A stretch of 64,000 nucleotides of DNA from Heptranchias perlo (Eukaryota): positions 46,438,001-46,502,000 of the forward strand of contig NC_090332.1 of NCBI RefSeq assembly GCF_035084215.1, written 5' to 3'. Shown here piece after piece: positions 48,330 through 60,670 of the stretch. The stretch's first letter is position 1. The number at the start of each line of letters is the position of its first letter. The translations under genes were made by a program, and so were the position numbers. Below the pieces are notes generated by a model. The model had not been told where the DNA came from, did no database searches, and was given only the letters and a program-made list of their open reading frames with translations.

Positions 48330-49590
48330 GGGAGCATGTTGAGGCCATTCCGTGACCAATAGATGCATCGATTCCGCAGACGAGCCTCGGCCGTTATTTC
48401 TGGAATGTTCCACTCCAGACTTCAACAAACCCAGCGGCCGTACGCACCCAATCAGTGGAATTTAAATATCTACAGATTATAGGTACGCGAGCTGCACAAA
48501 AAAAGTGACTAACTCCCCTCCCCGGTGTTTACTACCCCCACCTCCCCACCACCACTTTTTCTGGTGTTCGCAAACTCAGCCCCACACAGCGGCTCCGTGT
48601 GGTAAGCTCGGGTCATGCAGGCCTATCTCTCGGCAGTTACATTATTCAGCCAGGCCTCGGCGGCGACGCAGCACCACCACCACGTAAATAATCTTAAAAC
48701 TTATTAACACTCACCCAAAATGGTTTTGTTTTGGTTAAACTGTTAGCCTCCTTCAGTCTAAATGAACGAGCTTCCACCACACACCGACTCAGCAACCTTT
48801 TAAAAATCTTACCCGACACACAGTAGTTCGGTTGAACGGGGGGGGGGGGGGGGGTGAGGGCGGGGAGGGGGGGAAGGGGCAAGAAGGAAAAAAATCAAAT
48901 GGCGGGAATTTAAAAAATACAAGCACACACTCAAGGTCGCCTCTTCCCTTTTTTTGCTTCTTTTGGTCCAAACTCAAAAAGCAAACAAAAAGCCAAGACA
49001 GTAATTGCGCTACTCGGCCACAATTTGGAACACTCACTCTCTCCTCTGCAATTTTGTTAAACTGTGCGAGTTAATAATTATAACAATTTAACAAAAATGA
49101 AAACAACCGCCGTGACCGATGCTCAATTTACTTTTTTTTTCAGAAAGATTTTTTATCTCTTCCGATTCATTTTTCGAGACCGTTTTTGTAGCAGGCCGTG
49201 TTGTACTATCAACCTCGAAAGCTTCTCTGGCAAAACTAGTAACCGGTTGTAACCGGTTCAGACTGGGAGATTCCATCTCGGTTTAGTTTTCTGCCGATAG
49301 GGCGTCAGTATCACAAACAGACCAGTCGCGCCGAGTTACGCCACGCCACGCCATACGTAACTACGCACAAGCTCTTATCAAACCCCACGCAGCAAGCATA
49401 AGCCTTGTGCGCATTAGACTCCCCACCCCCTTCCTCAAGAACATTGTTTGCGTCCCGCTGATGGAGAGGACCCGATCGAATTCATATGGTGTGCTCCAGA
49501 TGGGGTCTGTCACCGTAGAATGGACTGGAATTAACCTTGCAGGAGGTGGAGTTATACTGCGCATTATTTAATTGAGCATAGACGTGGACG
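48330..49590. promoter_or_regulatory. CpG-enriched promoter region of XPO1
   Basis: CpG density clearly above the flanks; GC/KLF-type GCCACGCC repeats ~49339-49352; ATGGCGGGAA at 48899-48908; AACCGGTT x2 at 49241-49258. Confidence 0.7.
48715..49280 (-). other. XPO1: Probable non-coding exon 1 / 5'UTR of XPO1 (5' end uncertain)
   Basis: Donor TTTTGG|gtgagt with GT at 48714-48713 (alternative TCGG|gtaaga, GT at 48812-48811) inside the CpG-rich zone upstream of exon 2; the TSS cannot be read from sequence. Confidence 0.55.
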
Positions 49591-50399
49591 TAGTAAATTA
49601 ATCATTGAAATATGTGAAAAAGCAAAAGTTGACATGACTAGCCATGCTTTCTAGTCTATCAAACTGTTTAGTGCGCTATTGGTGTTTTTAAGTTTTAAAA
49701 TATTTTTTTAAAGCTTCAAGGTAATTTACACAAGTTTGTGAAAAAATGGATCAATATAAGAATGATTCAGTAATGCTCAACTTGACTGATTTTCTGTTTA
49801 TACATCTATATATAAGTTGGTGGAGTTAAGCACAATCATGTTGCTTTAAAACAATAGTGTTTCTGTACTATCCAAGACATCAGAACTTGTTAGTTGTCAA
49901 CTGTAATATATTCATTTTTCACATTCATCCCTTGCAGAATGGTATGAAGTAGTGGAAGGACTCACAGGCTGACTAATAGTCTGACAAGTCGTGACGTGAA
50001 CACTTCTTCCGTGGCCATAACCATCTTTTTATACCGACCGATAAGGTGGTTAAGTCTATACAGCAGGAGGGTTTTATGGGCTCCAACAACCTATACGATG
50101 AGGGGCTATGCACACCCACCAGCTGCGAGTATCCCGCTGGATATCAACCCAGAGTTCAGAGCCGGAGCTCCATTCTCCACTCACCGGGATTGTCTGGAAC
50201 AGGGTTCGATCCCTACACGTGCTGACTCGGGTGGCAATGCTACTACAAAGCCGAAGGCTCATTCCACTTGTGCGATGATGAGAACCTAATATTAATTTTA
50301 AAATTTTAACCTAATTTTAAAAAGTATATGTCCCTTTCTCCCCTCCCCTCACAAGCTATAAGATTTATTGGTTTATTGGCAATAAATCCGAGAGCTCAT

Positions 50400-51507
50400 G
50401 GACTACTTTGTCACTGATTGAGACCATTTAATCAGCAGCCTCGGCTGCTTCCCTTCTAGCCCACCAAGCCACGCTTCCCCTAAGGTTCCCCCCTGCCCCA
50501 GCTCTGAATTCACGTCTTTCTCTAGTTTCTCTCCTATCTCCCCTCATGCCCTGTCCAAGCTCATCTTGACCATTAGACCCACCTCCTGCTCTCTCGACCC
50601 TATTCCCACTAAATTGCAGACCACCTAACTTCCCTTCCTGGCCCCCATGTTAGCTGATATTGTTAACCGTTCTCTCTCCTCAGATACTGTCCCCCTCCCC
50701 TTCAAAAAACCCACCCTTGACCCCTTTGTCCTTGCAAACTACAGCCCCCTCTCCAACCTCCTTTTCCTCTCCAAGTCCTTGAACAGGTTGTCGCCTCCCA
50801 AATCCGTGGCCATCTTTCTCGCAACTCCATGTTTGAACCCCTTCAATAAGGGTTCCGCCCATGCTACAGTACTGAAACGGCCCATATCAAAGTCACAAAT
50901 GATGTCTTATGTGACTGTGACCGTGGTAAACTATCCCGCCTCATCTTTCTCGATCTGTCTGCAGCCTTTGACAAGGTTGACCACACCATCCTCATCCAAA
51001 ACATCTCGTCCCTCGTCCAACTGGGTGGGACTGTGCTCACCTGGTTCCTTTCTTATCTATCCAGTTGCAGACAGAGAATCACCTGCAATGGCTTCTCTTC
51101 CGACTCCTGCACCGTTACCTCTGGAGTGTCCCCCCCCCCCCCCCCCATCGATCTATCTTTGGCCCCCTTCTGTTTCTCATCTCCATCTGCCCCTTGGCAA
51201 CATCATCTGAAAATACGACTTTAGGTTCCACATATATGCTGATGACACCCAGCTCTACCTCATCACCACCTCCCTCGACCCCTCCACTGTCTTTGATTTG
51301 TCTCGCTGCTTGTCTGATATCCAGTACTGGATGAGCAAAAATTTCCTCCAACTAAATATTGGGAAGACCGAAGCCATTGTCTTCGGTCCCCGCTACAAAC
51401 TCTGTTCTCCAGCCACCGACTCCATCCCTCTCCCTGGCCATTATCTGAGGCTGAACCAGATCATTCACAACCTTGGTGTCCTATTTGACCCTGAGATGAG
51501 CTTCTGA
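50400..51507 (+). mobile_element. L2 LINE ORF2 fragment (RT)
   Basis: LDPIPTKL, KKPTLDP..LANY, DLSAAFD, YADDTQLY, WMSKNFLQLNIGKTE across frameshifts. Confidence 0.88.
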
Positions 51508-52770
51508 CCTTTGTTCAAGAAAGGAGAGATGGATAAACTGGGTAATTATAGACCAGTTAGTCTGTCAGCTATGGGCAAACTCTTAGAATCTTGAATTTGA
51601 GATGAAAATAGTGGGTATTTAGAAATGCATGTGTTCATCAAGGACAGCCAATGTGGATTTGTCAAAGGCAAGTCGTCCTTGACAAATTTAATAGTGCTTT
51701 TGAAAAAGTCACCGACTGGATAGATAAAGGAAATGCAGCAGTACTTATTGATTTTAAGAAGGCATTCGATACTAAAATTCACAAAAGCTTATTAGAAAAA
51801 TTCAGGAGTATGGTATATGAAGAAATGTAGCAGATTGGATAGAAAGTTGCTTGCTGGGCAGGAACCAAAGAATTAGGATAAATGGATGTTGCACAAATTA
51901 GAGAAGTGTGAGAAATGATGTACTCCAGGAGCAGTCTATGTGTTCCTGGGTTCACTTTTGTTCTTGATGTATATAGATGTTTTGGATGTGAGCCTTGGGA
52001 ACACAATCTTAAAATTTGCTGATGACACAAAAGTGGGGAGTTTGGCAAACAGCAAGGAGGACATAAGGCTGTAAAGCACCTTGGGATGTCCTGAGGTCAT
52101 GAAAGACGCTATATAAACGTAAGATCTTTATTTATTTTCTTTCCAAAGAGATCTCAGGAAAACAGGTTAGCAGAATGGGCAGAGAAGTGGCAGATACAAA
52201 TTAATTTCGATAAATGTGAGTAATATATTTTGGGAATAAAAACAAAGAATGGGAGTATACACTTAATGGAAAGACATTGATAAGTGTGTATGAAGAGAGT
52301 CACCTAGGGGTTCAAATACATCATTCCATAAAGGGCAAGTGCAGGTAGATAAAGCCATAAAAAGTGCTAACAGAATTTTGGGTATTATAATAGGGGCATA
52401 GAATACAAGAGTAATTTTTAAATTATATTTTGAATTATGAAAAGTTTTGATACATTGAAGAGGGAAAGACTATTTACTCTGTTTGGGGAATCATTGCAAG
52501 TCGCCATGAATTTAAAATTCTCACTGAGAGTGAGGAGAGCACTTAGGAGAAATTTCTTTACGCAGAGGGTTGTTGGAGCATGGAATGCTTTGATATAAGG
52601 AATGATTGAGGTATAAACTTTATATCTGTTAGGAGAAAATTGTGTAAATATTTGAGTCAGAATAAGATATGGGGCTATAGGGCGAGCATAGAGATGTAGG
52701 GTTACTGTAGTAAAGAACTAACCCAACCTGATGGGCCGAATGTTCTTTTTCTGAGCTGTAAACCTCTTTG
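51508..52770 (+). mobile_element. Decayed CR1 with a SINE 3' fragment inserted at ~52066-52142
   Basis: GGTAATTATAGACCAGTTAGTCTG, TTTGCTGATGACACAAAA; 3' GGGCCGAATGTTCTTTTTCTG. Confidence 0.8.
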
Positions 52771-52847
52771 GTTATATTAGAAATTCCTGAACTATTTTTA
52801 TTGTTTGTTCTTGGGATGTGAGTGATGCTGGCACGGCCACATTTATT

Positions 52848-53068
52848 ACATAGACATAGAACGCATAGCACAGAAAGAGGCCATTCGGCCCAGCTAGTCC
52901 ATGCTGGTGTTTACGCTCCACATGAGCCTCCTCCCACCCCATGTCATATAACCCCATCAGCATAACCTTCTATTCCTTTTTCCCTTCGTGTGTTTATCTA
53001 GCTTCCCCTTAAATGCACCTATGCTATTTGCCTCAGCTACTCCTTGTTACATCGAGTTACTTCAAAAC
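52848..53068 (-). mobile_element. Short CR1 3'-end insertion inside a family B 3' fragment (~52795-53250)
   Basis: Host reads CACATTTATT|...|TATTGCCTATCCCTAG (TATT duplicated). Confidence 0.75.
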
Positions 53069-53351
53069 TATTGCCTATCCCTAGTTGCCCTGAGTGAGAA
53101 GGTGGTGGTGGGCCTTCTCCTTGCAGCCACTGGTGTCCTTGTGGTGATGGTGCTCGCACAATGGTGTTAGATAGAGAACCACAGATGTATGGCAGTATAT
53201 GCCCAAGCCAGGATGGTGTATGACTTGGAGGAGAACTTAGAAGTGTTTGGTGTTCCCACAACATTGGAAATGCAGTGGGATTGGAAAAATAGAGAATACT
53301 CAAAAGTTTTTATTCAGTCAAAAAATGTTGTTCGTTTTCATACCAATTTAG

Positions 53352-53790
53352 AAGAAAGAACTTGCATTTATTTAGTGCCTTTCACAACCTCAGGATGTCC
53401 CAAAGCGCTTCACAATGTAGTCACTGTTAAAATGTAGCAAAACGCAGCAGTCAATTTGCACGCAGCAAGGTTCTACAAACACCAGTGAGGTAAATGACTA
53501 GATACTTGGGTTTTTTGGTGATGTTGGTTAAGTGTTAAATGTTGGGTAGGACACCAGGAGTACTCCCCTGCTCTTCTTCAAATAGTGCAGTGGGTTCTTT
53601 TACTTCTGCCTGAGAGGGCAGATGGGGCTTTCACATCTCATCCAAGATACGGCAGCTCTGGCAGTGCAGCTTTCCTTCGGTACTACACTGAAATGTTGGC
53701 CTGGATTATGTGCTCAAGTCCTGGAGTGGGGTTTGAACTGATGACCTTCTGACTCAGGTCAGAGTATTTCCACTGAACCAAGGCTGATAC
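53352..53790 (-). mobile_element. Full-length DeuSINE/SacSINE1-like SINE
   Basis: Tail, central domain and tRNA-derived head (GAGTGGGGTTTGAAC..CACTGAACCA on +). Confidence 0.85.
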
Positions 53791-54299
53791 CTAACTTTAG
53801 TAATAAGTGTCCAATAAATAAATAAATTTGCTTAGTAATAACTGACTTTTGTTTTCATGGCTTACTCTGCTTTCCAACCACAAGTATTCTATAAAGTTTG
53901 AACCAAACCACACTATCTGAACTCAAAATTGAAGCTGCACTTACCTAAACAGACCAGCATGTGTCATCCAATATCTGACTTAATTGAAATGGCAAATTTA
54001 GAGAAATATCAATTTGGATCCGATCTGGATCTCCGACATGCTGGTTGGTGCTCAGTCCTCTAATACAAATGTGCACGCTTGCCCTTGCCCATTGAACAAT
54101 AATACAATTTTGTCATGGCAGTTTGAGAGAGAATTTGCAGAATTCAACTCAGTTGTGGCAGATGGGTTAAAGTAGAAAACTTGTTAGAGATTCTTTAATA
54201 CAACCAGACTTAAAATACTCCTCACGCCCTCCTGCCCCAGTAACAATGGAGGAGTTTTACAGGCCACAGACCTCTTTTACTATCAAGATATAATTCATG

Positions 54300-54676
54300 G
54301 AATTACAAAGAATCTACAGCACAAAAACAGGCCATTCGGCCTAATATGGTCAATGCCGGTGTTTATACTCCACATGTTTATACTCCACTCCTCCCACTTT
54401 AATTACCTCTTCCCACCCATCAATGCTATCTGCTTCAACCACTCAATCTTCCACATTTTCACCACTCTCTGCAAAGAAATTCCTCCTAAATTCTTTATTT
54501 GATCTGTTAGTGGCTAGCTTATATTTATGCTCCCTTGCTCTGGACTCACCCACAAATGAAAACATTCTCCACATCCACTCTACTGAACCTTTTATAATTT
54601 TAAAGACCTCTATCAAGTCTCCTTTTATTCTCTTTACCAGAGTAAAGAGCCCCAGCCTGATTAATCCTTCTTGATA
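54300..54676 (-). mobile_element. CR1 3' fragment
   Basis: RLGLFTLVKRIKGDLIEVFKII; tail CAGCACAAAAACAGGCCATTCGGCC on +. Confidence 0.8.
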
Positions 54677-54679
54677 AGA

Positions 54680-57060
54680 AAGAAAAAGAGAGACCTGATT
54701 GCACTTATATAGTGCCTTTAACGACCTCAAGACATTCAAAAGCGCTTTACAGCCATTGAAATACTTTTGAAGTGTAGGGGATCAACCCTGGTTCAATGAG
54801 GAGTGTAGAAGAGCATGCCAGGAGCAGCACCAGGTGTACCTAAAAATGAGGTGCCAACCTGGTGAAGCTACAACTCAGGACTACGTGCATGCTAAACAGC
54901 TGAAGCAACATGCTATAGACAGAGCTAAGTAATTCCACTACCAACGGATCAGATCAAAGCTCTGCAGTCCTACCACATCCAGTCGTGAATGGTGGTGGAT
55001 AATTAAACAACTAACGGGAGGAGGAGGCTCTTTAACCATCCCCATCCTCAATGATGGCGGAGTCCAGCTCGTGAGTACAAAACACAAGGCTGAAGCGTTT
55101 GCAACCATCTTCAGCCAGAAGTGCCGAGTGGATGATCCATCTTGGCCTCCTCCCAATATCTCCACCATCACAGAAGCCAGTCTTCAGCCAATCCGATTCA
55201 CTCCACGTGATATCAACGAATGGCTGAGTGCACTGGATACAGCAAAGGCTATGGATCCCGACAAAGTCAAGCTGTTCCAGTACAGCTACAACACTGGCAT
55301 CTACCCGACAATGTGGAAAATTGCCCAGGTATGTCCTGTCCACAAAAAGCAGGACAAATCCAATCCGGCCAATTACCGCCCCATCAGTCTACTCTCAATC
55401 ATCAGCAAAGTGATGAAAGGTATCATCGACAGTGCTATCAAGCGGCACTTACTCACCAATAACCTGCTCACCAATGCTCAGTTTGGGTTCCGCCAGCACC
55501 ACTCTGCTCCAGACCTCATTACAGCCTTGGTCCAAACATGGACAAAAGAGCTGAATTCCAGAGGTGAGGTGAGAGTGACTGCCCTTGATATCAAGGCAGC
55601 ATTTGACCGAGTGGCACCAAGGAGCCCTAGTAAAATTGAAATCAATGGGAATCAGGGGGAAAACTCTCCAGTGGCTGGAGTCATACCTAGCACAAAGGAA
55701 GATGGTAGTGGTTGTTTGGGGCCAATCATCTCAGCCCCAGGACATTGCTGCAGGAGTTCCTCAGGGCAGTGTCCTAGGCCCAACCATCTTCAGCTGCTTC
55801 ATCAATGACCTTCCCTCCATCATAAGGTCAGAAATGGGGATGTTCACTGATGATTGCACAGTGTTCAGTTCCATTCGCAACCCCTCAAATAATGAAGCGG
55901 ACCATGCCCGCGTGCAGCAAGTCCTGGACAACATCCAGGCTTGGGCTGATAAGTGGCAAGTAACATTCGCACCAGACAAGTGCCAGGCAATGACCATGTC
56001 CAACAAGAGAGAGTCTAACCACCTCCCCTTGACATTCAACGGCATTACCATCACCGAATCCCCCACCATTGACCAGAAACTTAACTGGACCAGCCATATA
56101 AATAGTGTGGCTACAAGAGCAGTCAGAGGCTGGGTATTCTGCGGCGAGTGACTCACCTGACTCCCCAAAGCCTTTCCACCATCTACAAGGCACAAGTCAG
56201 GAGTGTGATGGAATACTCTCCACTTGCCTGGATGAGTGCAGCTCCAACGATGCTCAAGAAGCTCGACACCATCCAGGACAATGCAGCCCGCTTGATTGGC
56301 ACCCCATCCACCACCCTAAACATTCATTCCCTTCACCACCGGCGCACAGTGGCTGCAGTGTTTACCATCCACAGGATGCATTGCAGCAACTCGCCAAGGC
56401 TTCTTCGACAGCACCTCCCAAACCCGCGACCTCTACCACCTAGAAGGCAAGGGCAGCAGGCACATGGGAACACCACCACCTGCATGCTCCCCTCCAAGTC
56501 ACACACCATCCCGACTTGGAAATATATCGCCGTTCGTTCATCGTCGCTGGGTCAAAATCCTGGAACTCCCTAACAGCACTGTGGGAGCACCTTCACCACA
56601 CGGTTTGCAACGGTTCAAGAAGGCAGCATAGGCAATAAATGCCGGCCTCGCCAGCGACACCCACGTCTCATGAACGAATTTTTAAAAAGTCATTGTTTTA
56701 ATGTAGGAAACGCGGCAACCAGTTTGCACACAGCATGGTCCCACAAATGGCAATGTGATAATTACCAGATAATCTTTTTTTTCAGTGGTGTTGGTTGAGG
56801 GATAAATATTGACCATGATACCAGGAGAACACCCCTGCTCTTCTTCAAAATAGTGCCCTGGGATCTTTTATATCCACCTGAGAGGGCAGACTCAGTTTAA
56901 GGGCCTCATCTAAAAGACAGCACCTCTGACAGTCCAGCACTCCCTCATTGCTGCACTGAAGTGTCAGCCTAGATTATGTGCTCAAGTCTCTGGACTGGGG
57001 CTTGAACCCACAACCTTCTGATTCAGAGGCAAAAGTGCTACCACTGAGCCACAGCTGACA
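54680..57060 (-). mobile_element. SacSINE1-like SINE split by a family B LINE (pieces 54680-54777 and 56689-57060)
   Basis: TTTTGAAGTGTAG| resumes as |GTCATTGTTTTAATGTAGG; head CTTGAACCCACAACCTTCTG..CACTGAGCCAC. Confidence 0.85.
54778..56688 (+). mobile_element. Young CR1-group LINE, family B, 5'-truncated
   Basis: ORFs 55071-55808, 55585-56151, 56148-56573; same 3' end CATGAACGAATTTT-A(n) as 19050-20645. Confidence 0.92.
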
Positions 57061-57097
57061 TGATAGGTCCATCCTCTCAATTATGCTAACATCCTTG

Positions 57098-57835
57098 CAA
57101 GCAAAGTGATGGACGGAGTCGTCAACAGTGCTATAAAGCACTATGTCCTCACCAATAACCTGCTCACCGATTCTCAGTTTGGATTCCGCTAGAGCCACTC
57201 AGCTCCAGATCTCATTACAGTCTTGGTTCAAACATGGACATGAGCTGATTTCCAGAGGTGAGGTGAGAGTGACTGCCCTTGACATCAAAGCAATATTCGA
57301 CCAAATGTTGAACCAAGGAGCCCTAGTAAAACTAAAGTCAATGGGGATCAGGGGAAAACTCTCCAGTGGCTGGAGTCATACCTGGTATGAAGGAAGATAG
57401 TTGTGGTTGATGGAGGCCAGTCATCTCAGCCCCAGGGCATCACTGCAGGAGTTCATCAGGGCAGCATCCTAAGCCCAACTATCTTCAGCTGCTTCAACAA
57501 TGACATTTCCTCCATTATAAGGTCAGAAGTGATGATTGCACAGCATTCACTCCATTCACAATTCCTCAGATAATGAAGCAGTCCATGCCCACATGCAGCA
57601 AGACCAGGACAACATCCAGGCTTGGGCTGATTTGTGGCAAGTAACACTTGCCCTACACAAGTGCAAGACAATGACCATCTCCAACAAGAGAGAGCTTAAC
57701 CACCTCCCCGAGACATTCAATGGCATTAGCATCACTGAGTCCCCCACCACCAACACCCTGGAGAGTCATCATTGACTAGAAACCTAACTGGACTAGCCAC
57801 ATAAATGCCGTGGCTACTAGATAGATCAGAGGCTA
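57098..57835 (+). mobile_element. Family B LINE internal fragment
   Basis: ELISRGEVRVTALDIKAIFD; QDQDNIQAWADLWQV. Confidence 0.85.
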
Positions 57836-58606
57836 AGTCACAGCAGCCTCCCACCAGCTTTGTTGAGGCCACTTGGGGAGCACCTCATAGCAGTAGCAGA
57901 ATTAGTAAACCTTTTAAGAAAAGCACTATGGGTTGATCACTTATGTGAGAAATGAATAGAAGGTAATTATTATGTTGGCCATTAACTTAATCACATTTGT
58001 CACTTTGGTCTGCTGTATAATTTAATAGGAGCTTCTGAATAGACATTGTCAATGTGTCATTGATATAGAAGTTGTCTGAATGGTTTGACTGTTCTTTTGA
58101 ACAGAATTGGTTTTGCAGTTCTGAAAAGATAAATCCAATATTAGTTTTCTTGAATTATTTTTTATACTTCTTCCAGATTAATCAGTTAAATTCCCAAGGT
58201 TGCCTGGTAACAGCAATGGAAGAGAGCTAGATTGCCAATCGGAGAGCTTGACTTTGGTTCTCATTTGCAGCTCAATTCCCAGCTCTTGCATTCTGGGTCT
58301 GAGACACGGGATACGGAGGAGAGAGGAGGAAAAACCGGTACCATGGAAGCACATCGCTTGTTATTGGAACACTGAGTGGTACTGATTAAAATTGTGGAAT
58401 AATCTTGATTCAAACTCCAGAATGTCCTCTCAGAAGGACGATAGTTCATGTGGGAGGAATAGAAGCAGTGGAGAACTAATGGGCTAATTAGGATTAAAAA
58501 TCAGCTTAAATTCATAATTTATTTACCCTCTATATAGCGCTCCCAGTTGTTTCTGAATTTCTCAAATTATTGCTAAATTTCCTTGGTTACCTTTCTGCAT
58601 GATGAT

Positions 58607-58770
58607 TTCCCTCTTTTTACACCTTCCCCCCTCCCTCCCTCCTTCCTCCTTCCTCCCTCCTTCCCCCCCTCGCTTTTTTCCCTCTCTCTCCCTCTTCCTC
58701 CTCCCTCTTTCCCTCTTTCACTTCCCTCTCCATTCCTTTTCCTCTTCCCCTTCCATCTCCCGTTCCCCCA
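58607..58770. repeat. Polypyrimidine (C/T) low-complexity tract
   Basis: About 160 bp almost entirely C/T. Confidence 0.9.
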
Positions 58771-59944
58771 AATGGGTGAAGTGAATGACTTAATAAAATT
58801 AGCTTTTAAAGAATACTTGACAAGCCTAATTTGACTTGCACATGGACCTTCTGATACTATGCATAAAATCTTTTACAGCCAGAGAGTAGTTTTCTGGGAT
58901 GTGCAGATAACATAGCATTTATACATTAGCTGAAGCATGAAAACTTACTCATCAGGAATGTACTCTAACACAATGAGTAATTTTGACCCTAAAGTATTAA
59001 CCCTGATTCAATTGATTCAAGTCAATTTCAAAGTGATTTAGGATGAAGCATCTGATTCACCAGTAGCAGAAGGACTGTCTTCTTTAGCAATGTGGCCTGT
59101 TGAGGGGATGTTGCAATTTGGATCTTATCGTATTTGTTCACAACTTTCTAACAGTTATTGCAAATAGGATACTTGATCCATGAATTCAGAGTACAGACTT
59201 TCTTTAATCCTCCATTTAATTCAGATCCGACAATCATGCGAAAAAGAACACATCGAAGTACAGGAATGCACTTAAACCTACTTGTTCAACCTTTAAGCAC
59301 AAATCTAAAACTTTATATTTGCCAAGCATGTTTGGTTTACACCATTCAAACTTTAAAACAAGTGCTGCCAGTGGTAAGTGATTGAGGACTTGGACAACAA
59401 ACACTTGTACACATTTTTGACTTTTTTGCAAATAAGGATTTGTCACTTGGCAACATACATCTACAAACATGAGGAGCGAAAAGAAGATAAACAGTCCATT
59501 TTTCAAAAATTGATTAATTTACTAAATGTCCCTTCTGTTAGTATAATTAACTCTTGGCGGGATCAGTGTGTGGAGGGGAGGCACCAGGGCAAACGACAAG
59601 CTCACATGCTGAGTCCGGAGAGATTTTAGCTCCTAGGCCTCAATTACATATGCTTGATCGGACTCCCGCTCAAATCACTGTCTGGTTGGCAGGTGGGAAT
59701 TTGGGTGGTAGGACGCCATTGCTGGGGACCTGTGGGAAAGGTCCCTGGCACAAGGTAAATCCATTGGGTGGCCCTGGGAGGGGAATCCCCATCAAAGGGA
59801 TTAGGGGGGAAGCCCAGGGCAGGGGTGGTCCAAGATTTCCTTGTGGGGCCTGGAGGAGCACTCCTGCTGCCCTTAGTGGACCAGGTATCTGGCCTGCTTT
59901 GCTCAGATTTTCTAGATATGAATGTGGCCTAGCTGGTGGCCGCC

Positions 59945-60055
59945 AAAGGCAGGTATATGGAGTTAGATCACAGATCAGCCATGATCTTATCAAATGGCGG
60001 AGCAGGCACGAGGGGCTGAATGGCCTACTCCTGTTCCTATGTTCCTATGTTCCTA
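59945..60055 (+). mobile_element. CR1 3' terminal fragment
   Basis: GATCAGCCATGATCTTATCAAATGGCGGAGCAGG..(TTCCTATG)n tail. Confidence 0.85.
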
Positions 60056-60494
60056 GAAGTCAAGTTGTTATTGGGTCACTCTCACAAACCTCTTAGCAGT
60101 TGGCTCTAGATTATACTAACAGAGGCCTAATAGCAGATTGCAAGCTTGCCTGAGTTGTTGTGCTATCTGGGAAGGCTTGATCAACAGTAGGGAAGAAAAT
60201 AAGCTGAAGACAAAAGGGGTAATAGCTTCAACAAGGAAAATTGCTACACGTATGCCTGTGTTCTGCCGCTCCCTCTTGATCTCACTGTTCCTCCTGCGGA
60301 ATCTTCCCTTCTCCTTGTTTCAGAATTAAAGAAAAAGAGTGACTCGAGTAATTCCAAATAATGGTATTTTTATTACAGAGAAAGCAACAGTTTCATAAAA
60401 CAAGAGATGTTGGAATAGATTCATATGATAGTTCATATTTTCTTTCTGTAAATATTCATTTCAATTATAGCTTAGTATTCTAATAAAAACATAA

Positions 60495-60670
60495 CGGGAA
60501 AAATGATCCAACCGTGGCTAATTAGAGAAGTTAAGGCTAGTATGAGATTAAAAGAAGAAGTTTACAATGTTGCCAAAAAGAATAGCAAGCCTGAGGATTG
60601 GGAGGACTTTAGAAATCAGCAAAGGATGACCAAGAAATTGATAAAGAGGGAAAAAATTAAATATGAGAGG
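60495..60670 (+). mobile_element. CR1 internal fragment
   Basis: QPWLIREVKASMRLKEE..EDWEDFRNQQRMTKKLIK. Confidence 0.75.

Noticed and set aside
56990-57055. tRNA gene
   Set aside because: tRNA-derived SINE head; no complete cloverleaf
59554-60096. 180-aa ORF upstream of XPO1
   Set aside because: GC-rich repeat-like DNA running into a CR1 3' end; non-ATG start and no domain
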